Part shown: piece by piece, positions 58,393 to 64,000 of the stretch
Numbering within the stretch: the first letter of the stretch is position 1
Layout of the letters: each line of letters begins with the position of its first letter
NCBI GenBank assembly: GCA_000004985.1
Contig: GG738851.1
Direction: 5' to 3' (one strand)
Source of the DNA: Naegleria gruberi
Lineage: Eukaryota
DNA length: 64,000 nucleotides
Notes under the pieces: model-generated
What the model was told of the DNA's origin: nothing
Seen by the model: only the letters and a program-made list of their open reading frames with translations
Databases searched by the model: none
Program-made: the position numbers and the translations under genes

Positions 58393-59664
58393 ATGGGTAG
58401 AAAGAAAATATCAATTCAACCAATTACTGATGAACGTAATCGTCATGTAACATTTAACAAACGTAAACAAGGCTTAATTAAAAAGGCTATGGAATTATCA
58501 ATTCTATGTCATTGTCAAATATCTCTAGTGATATTTAATTCAGAAAATCAATTATTTGAATATTGTAGTACAGATCCTAGATCTATTCTTCAAAGATATT
58601 GTCAAGTTGCTCATTTACCTCATGAAAGATTAACTAATACTGAATATACTAAATTTGATAAGACTGGAAATATTCCAACAGGAAGTAGTGATTTAGGTGA
58701 AGATGTTAATGTAGCAAGTCAATTATCTGATTCAAATACTTCAACAACTGGTCAATCAAATATTATTGCTGCTACTGCTGCCACTTCTTCTTCTTCAATT
58801 GCTGTTGCTGCCACTCCAGAAAAGGATGAAAAGAAGAAAAAGTCAACCTCAAAGAAGAAGAAACCATCTTCATCAGGTAAGAAGAGAAGTCATGATGATG
58901 TTGATTCATCAGATGATAATACTCAACCAATGGTATCAAGTAGTAATTCTGCTCTTCCTGTATCTGTTAATAATGGTCAACCTAAACCACCACCACTCAC
59001 AATTCCATCTCTTCCAATTTCCTCATCTGCACTTACTGATCCAGGTCAAATGACTCCTTCAACATTAATTAATAATGTATTTGGTGATGATTTTGCCAAT
59101 GATATCACTCCTCTTACACCTGGTATCTCTGCAGAAATTAATAAGGTAGTTCAAAATGCAACCAATCACACAAGTGTATACGATGCTGTAGCATTGAAAC
59201 ATTCTGAAAGTCAAGTTTCTGTCACAACAACAAGTAGTGCAAATCAAGAAGTTGAATCTCCATCAACCAAGAAGAGAAAGACTTCAAAGGCTCCTGCTTC
59301 ACTCACCATTACTGTTCCTCAAAATCAAGGAAAGGTACCACTCAAAAGAATTGATAGTAATTTAGAGTCTGCTGCAAGCTCTTCGACGATAGAACAACAA
59401 AATGAATTTGCTCTTCCACCCAAATTGAAGTCTTCAGAACAACACCAACAAGAAAGTGCTCATCCAACAACCACTGGTGCAACTCCAAGCTCAGTATATG
59501 CTCTCGATACCAAGACTCCTCTCTCATCATTGCTTAATTCAAACTTTTTCGATACGAGTACGACACCAACAAGTTTGGGCGTTTCTTGGGATCTTCCTTC
59601 TCCTTACACGGTTTTAAAGGAAAATCAAGCAAAACTTGAAAAGAGCAACAAGGATAAGATCTAA
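58393..59664 (+). CDS. MADS-box transcription factor of MEF2 type
   Basis: The N-terminus [61 protein letters not shown] closely matches the MEF2 MADS+MEF2 domain ([44 protein letters not shown]). The rest is an S/T/P-rich transactivation-like tail with a K-rich [22 protein letters not shown]. Confidence 0.85.
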   Translation: MGRKKISIQPITDERNRHVTFNKRKQGLIKKAMELSILCHCQISLVIFNSENQLFEYCSTDPRSILQRYCQVAHLPHERLTNTEYTKFDKTGNIPTGSSDLGEDVNVASQLSDSNTSTTGQSNIIAATAATSSSSIAVAATPEKDEKKKKSTSKKKKPSSSGKKRSHDDVDSSDDNTQPMVSSSNSALPVSVNNGQPKPPPLTIPSLPISSSALTDPGQMTPSTLINNVFGDDFANDITPLTPGISAEINKVVQNATNHTSVYDAVALKHSESQVSVTTTSSANQEVESPSTKKRKTSKAPASLTITVPQNQGKVPLKRIDSNLESAASSSTIEQQNEFALPPKLKSSEQHQQESAHPTTTGATPSSVYALDTKTPLSSLLNSNFFDTSTTPTSLGVSWDLPSPYTVLKENQAKLEKSNKDKI

Positions 59665-59845
59665 TGAGCCCAATCTCTCCATCAAATAATTAAAACTTTT
59701 GTACATATAAACAACAACAATTTGTAATAAATACCTCTCATAATTTAAATTAAATATTTAAATTAAATATTCAAATGCCCGTGGCAATTTTATGGATTTT
59801 GAAACCCTTTTATTCTAATACAAAGTGTAACCAATTATTATTAAT

Positions 59846-60483
59846 TTAGTTATCGAAGGATGGAGCACGGTAAGTAGATGGATCTCTTCTTGGGTGAGTA
59901 TCTTGGATACCTCTAACTTGTTGTTCTGGAACAACCTTTGTGATAGAGTTATAACGAGCTTCATACCATTTTCTGTGTTTAGCAAGACAAGTAGTCCACT
60001 TGTAGAAGTGCTTGTTACATTGAGACCATTGCAACATGGTGGCGTTACTCTTACCGAGAGCTAATCATCACGATCACGAAAATTAATTATTATTTTGTAT
60101 TTTTCATCATACTTACTTTCATCAGCACAGTCATCCAAGAACATGTTCAAGACGTGAGCCTTGCAAGGAGCAGCTGGTGCCATGTGTAAAACAGCCTTGA
60201 ATTGAGATGGATCGTTTCTCAAGATTTCTTGTTCGTCCTTTGTGATTTCGAAATCCTTTGAGTCCAAAGGCTTGCCGAAGATGTCCAAAATTTGTTCATT
60301 TGAAAGGTATCCTTCCTTTGTTCTATTCAAGATATCAGCGTTTGGAACGTTGGTTCTATCACTTGGTAACTTAGCATCCTTAGTCTTGGTCAAAGGGTGA
60401 TAGAATGATTGTTCAGTGAAGTAACCAGCTTCGTTCAATTCCTTTCCTAAGTTGTTGAGGAGGGTTTGTTTAACAGTGGACAT
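59846..60483 (-). CDS. CHCH (twin Cx9-11C) protein, probably in the mitochondrial intermembrane space (respiratory-chain accessory subunit-like), 2 exons: join(59846..60060,60117..60483)
   Basis: Exon 1 ends ..CADE A|GTAAGT. The 56-nt intron ends GATTAG. Exon 2 continues in phase: TLGKSNATMLQWSQCNKHFYKWTTCLAKHRKWYEAR... The Cys pairs are CKAHVLNMFLDDC and CNKHFYKWTTC. The real start is the ATG at 60483. The ORF-track start at 60492 is a TTG. Confidence 0.6.
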
Positions 60484-61017
60484 TTTTTGCAATTTTTTTA
60501 AAATTGTACTTTGCTTAAAATATTTCCATTTTTAAGCCGTGTTTAAAGTCAACCATTTACAAACGGCTGTCTTGAAGGCGGTCTCTGATAGAATAAAATT
60601 ACGCCTCTTTTAGAAGTCAAATAATTATTTAATTCTCCAAATGGTTTCATAGAATTGACTATGATGAGCACTTTAATATTATTTAATAATATTTTGTAAA
60701 AATTATTATTGATGATGATGATGATGATGATAATTGGATAAGCAGAGAGAATCTTGTTTTACCGTGGCATGTTATCATCTGGTGGTACTATTCAAAAAGT
60801 TCATTAAAACAACAATCATTAATTCTCAATCATCATATCAATCTCTTCCCAATAATAACAAAAGTCCATCTTCATCACCATAGATTTTAACATCCTCCTA
60901 ATGCTATCTATTCTACCAACAACATCTTTTCTATGAAAATATGACTTCAAATAAAATACTGAAGAAAAAAGGCTTGTTCAATTAAAATTGAATTTAAAAT
61001 TGACTTGAAAAAAAAAA

Positions 61018-64000
61018 ATGTCTTCTAGTGGAGGAGGTGGTGGAGGCCTTCCTTCCGAACAACAAATCAACAAGGAACATAAAGCTAGAAGAGCAGGTAA
61101 TAAATTTAAAAAGAGAGAAGTTCAAAGAAAGAAGAAATTAGGTGTTTCTGAGGAACAACAAAAAGGTGATTATGTAAATAATCGTGCCAATACAGTTGGT
61201 AAAGGAAATGCTTTTGCAAGAGATTTAAAATATAAATTAGATAAATTTGAATCTAAATTACATGCACCAATAGTATCAAGAATATATGGAGAAGGACCAC
61301 CTAAAATGGTTGCTGTTGTTGGACCACCTAAATCTGGTAAAACAACATTAATTACAAGTCTTGTTAAACAATATACTAAACAAACATTAACAGAAGTGAC
61401 AGGACCAATTACAGTAAGAACAGGAAAATCAAGAACAACATTTTTTGAATGTCCAAATGAAATTAATGCAATGATTGATATGGCTAAAACAGCAGATTTA
61501 GTTTTATTATTAATTGATGCTTCTTATGGATTTGAAATGGAAAATTTTGAATTTTTAAACATGTTACAAGTTCATGGTATGACTAGAGTGATGGGTGTTT
61601 TAACACATTTGGATTTAATTAAAAAAGCAAGAACAGTTAGAAAATTGAAAAAGAAATTAAAGCATCGATTTTGGACAGAAGTATGTGATGGTGCTAAATT
61701 ATTTTACCTTTCAGGTTTAAGAGGAGGATTATATACACCACGTGAAACAATTAATTTAAGTCGTTTCATTTCAATTATTAAACCTAGACCTATAAAATGG
61801 AGAACAACACATCCTTGTGTTGTAGTTGATAGATTTGAAGATGTAACTGATCCACAATTAATTGAAGAAAATTCTAAAATTGAAAGACATGTTTGTTTAT
61901 ATGGTTATGTTAGAAATACTTTCCTTAGAAAGGGAACTCCAATTCATATTCCAGGTTGTGGTGATTTTACTTTAAATAATATTACTACTTTAGAAGATCC
62001 ACTTCCACCAAAACCAAAAGAAAAACAACGTTCAAAATTAGACAAATTCAAAGGTTTATATGGTCCAATGAGTAATTTAGGTTCAGTTTTTTATGATAAG
62101 GATAATGTTTATATTGATATTTCAAATAATGAATCATTGAATGAAAATAATCGTCATGGTGGAATTGATCAAGCTGAAGAATTATTATTAACACGTAAAG
62201 GAAAGGATATTTCATCTGAAAAGAGAGAAGAAAGAAAACATCAAGCTGAAGAAACTTCAAAGATTGTTAAATCTCTCATTGAACAATCTGATATTAATTT
62301 AGATGAGAAAATTTCAAATCAACAAGTTAAATTATTCTCTGGTGCTAAATCTGCTCTCATTGCAAAGAAATCTTCAACCATTGTACCTTCATCCCTTAAT
62401 AATAATAACAATAATATGGAAGATGATGATGATGAAGATGAAATTGATGAAGAGTTTGATGAAGATATGGATGAAGAAGAATTCCTTCGTAAATATATTG
62501 ATAATGAAGCTGAAGAAGATGATGAAGATGATGATGAAATGTCTGATGATGAAGATTCAAAGTTCCATAGAAAGAGAAGAGGTATTGCTAAATTAATGGG
62601 AGATGATGAAGATAATGATGATGAAATTTATGCAGAGGCTCTTAATACATCAACAAAATCTTCTAAAAAGAAGGAGAATATCGTTTATGATGATTCCGAT
62701 GAAGAAGATGATGATTTAGATGAAAATACAAGAAAAATCATTAGAGCTGGTGATGATGATGAAGAATATTTTGAACCTAGAAAATTAAAAGTTAATGAAT
62801 CAACTGGTCAATTTGAAATTGAAGGTAATGAAGAAGAGGAATTATCTGATTTGGAAGAAGAAGATGGAACAGGTTCAGCTGCAAACAAGTGGAAAGAAGG
62901 AATGGAAGAAAGAGCTAGCAGTCAATTTTATGATGCCACTATTAGTTTACAACAATTGGTTTATGGTGAACAAGAAGAAGAAGAAGAAGATGATGGAGAA
63001 GCCAATCAAAATGATGATGATGAAGAAGAACAAGTTCAACAACAAAAGAATGATTTGGATGATATTTTCAACTTTAAGAAACAAATTACAGAAAAGAAGA
63101 AGAAATTAAATGTTGATCGTTTGAAGGTTGATTTTGTTGATAGAACTAGAACTCAAATTGAACCAACAGAAATTAAACATGATTGGGAAGATGCTGAATT
63201 TAGAGAAACAATTCGTAACAAGTTTGTTACAGGTGATTGGTCATCAAGAAGAGATGCTAATAATAAGCCAATTGCTTCTAAGAAATCAAAGAATGTTGAA
63301 AAAGATGAAGAAGAACAAGATGAAATGGAAGATGATGAAATTCAACAAGATGATGAAAATGATGACATTCTTGATGAATTACAAAAGAAGAGAATGGAAA
63401 AGAAGAAATCTTTTGATGCTCAATTTGATGAAAAGAAATCAAGTGATAAGAAAGAAGGTTCTGCAGGAGTAGAGGAAGAAGAAGAAGATCCAATTACAAC
63501 TATTGAAAAACTCAAGAAGAAACTTCGTGAAGATGATCCACAAATGATTTTAAATAAGACTGAATTCCAAAATTTAACAAGAGAACAACGTGAAGAAATT
63601 GAAGGTATTTCACCTGGATCTTATGTTAGACTTGAAATTAATTCATTCCCAACAGAATTTATTGAAAATGTTAATTTTAAAAATCCAATCATTGTTGGTG
63701 GTATGCATCCAGAAGAGTGTCGTATGGGTTTAATCAAGATGAGAATGAAGAGACATCGTTGGTATCCAAGAACACTTAAAAATAAGGATCCACTTGTATT
63801 TAGTATTGGTTGGAGAAGATTTCAATCCATTCCAACTTATTGTATGCAAGATGATAATGGTAGACATCGTCAAATTAAGTATACACCTGAATATATGCAT
63901 TGTATTGCAGCAATTTATGGACCATTTGTACCACAAAATACAGGTGTTATTGCATTCCAAACATTGAGTGAAAAAGTTGATACATTTAGAGTTTCAGCTA
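61018..64000 (+). CDS. bms1: Ribosome biogenesis GTPase BMS1, 5' partial (continues beyond the window end)
   Basis: The frame is open from the ATG at 61018 to the window end. It is absent from the ORF track because there is no stop within the window. N-terminal GTPase region: PPKMVAVVGPPKSGKTTLITSLVK...LLLIDASYGFEMENFEFLNMLQVHGMTRVMGVLTHLDL. Long D/E-rich acidic tracts follow, then the conserved C-terminal AARP2CN/DUF663-like region (GISPGSYVRLEINSFP...PLVFSIGWRRFQSIPTY). Confidence 0.85.
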   Translation, partial: MSSSGGGGGGLPSEQQINKEHKARRAGNKFKKREVQRKKKLGVSEEQQKGDYVNNRANTVGKGNAFARDLKYKLDKFESKLHAPIVSRIYGEGPPKMVAVVGPPKSGKTTLITSLVKQYTKQTLTEVTGPITVRTGKSRTTFFECPNEINAMIDMAKTADLVLLLIDASYGFEMENFEFLNMLQVHGMTRVMGVLTHLDLIKKARTVRKLKKKLKHRFWTEVCDGAKLFYLSGLRGGLYTPRETINLSRFISIIKPRPIKWRTTHPCVVVDRFEDVTDPQLIEENSKIERHVCLYGYVRNTFLRKGTPIHIPGCGDFTLNNITTLEDPLPPKPKEKQRSKLDKFKGLYGPMSNLGSVFYDKDNVYIDISNNESLNENNRHGGIDQAEELLLTRKGKDISSEKREERKHQAEETSKIVKSLIEQSDINLDEKISNQQVKLFSGAKSALIAKKSSTIVPSSLNNNNNNMEDDDDEDEIDEEFDEDMDEEEFLRKYIDNEAEEDDEDDDEMSDDEDSKFHRKRRGIAKLMGDDEDNDDEIYAEALNTSTKSSKKKENIVYDDSDEEDDDLDENTRKIIRAGDDDEEYFEPRKLKVNESTGQFEIEGNEEEELSDLEEEDGTGSAANKWKEGMEERASSQFYDATISLQQLVYGEQEEEEEDDGEANQNDDDEEEQVQQQKNDLDDIFNFKKQITEKKKKLNVDRLKVDFVDRTRTQIEPTEIKHDWEDAEFRETIRNKFVTGDWSSRRDANNKPIASKKSKNVEKDEEEQDEMEDDEIQQDDENDDILDELQKKRMEKKKSFDAQFDEKKSSDKKEGSAGVEEEEEDPITTIEKLKKKLREDDPQMILNKTEFQNLTREQREEIEGISPGSYVRLEINSFPTEFIENVNFKNPIIVGGMHPEECRMGLIKMRMKRHRWYPRTLKNKDPLVFSIGWRRFQSIPTYCMQDDNGRHRQIKYTPEYMHCIAAIYGPFVPQNTGVIAFQTLSEKVDTFRVSA

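Noticed and set aside
58766-59053. 95-aa L/Q/H-rich ORF inside the MEF2-like gene, and similar ORFs at 62303..63472 inside BMS1
   Set aside because: These are alternative-frame readings of low-complexity (S/T/P- or D/E-rich) coding sequence, not independent genes.

Overview
Eukaryotic nuclear DNA, almost certainly from a dictyostelid social amoeba. The evidence is: AT-rich sequence; poly-N/Q coding tracts; short GTAAGT...AG introns of about 40-130 nt; very compact gene spacing; and a dynein heavy chain of about 4650 aa encoded by a single giant exon, as in Dictyostelium dhcA. Intergenic GC is higher than in D. discoideum and there is a 50-N assembly gap, so it is probably a draft assembly of another dictyostelid (Heterostelium/Cavenderia-like). 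The window holds about 35 protein-coding genes, three tRNA genes and one gap. Confidently called genes are FEN1, cytoplasmic dynein heavy chain, pyruvate kinase, a MEF2-type MADS-box factor, BMS1 (runs off the 3' end), a MiaB/CDK5RAP1-like methylthiotransferase, an FtsJ/MRM2-like rRNA methyltransferase, a choline/ethanolamine phosphotransferase, an RRM+RGG protein, a MORN-repeat protein and a Sep15/SELENOF homolog. Also present are an RCC1-like protein, a Q-SNARE, two RNI-like LRR genes (one frameshifted inside a perfect 72-nt tandem repeat), a tail-anchored kinase, a large triple kinase-like/LRR protein, a WD40 protein, a class-V aminotransferase-like protein, a CHCH protein and several hypothetical proteins. 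A partial FG-repeat protein C-terminus lies at the 5' edge. Two identical tRNA-Ser(TGA) copies flank the N gap, and there is one tRNA-Thr(AGT). I see no defence island, CRISPR array or intact transposon. The most unusual items are: a Sec-to-Cys version of Sep15; a triple kinase-like/LRR protein; a frameshift within an LRR tandem repeat; a 2.3-kb ORF-free block with several GGTAAGTA plus TACTAAC motifs; a C/T-rich non-coding block near 31.5 kb; and a possible unannotated small gene near 47 kb. All coordinates come from reading the sequence by eye together with the ORF track. My manual nucleotide indexing disagreed with the ORF track by 1 nt at several places, so intron boundaries may be off by 1-2 nt.
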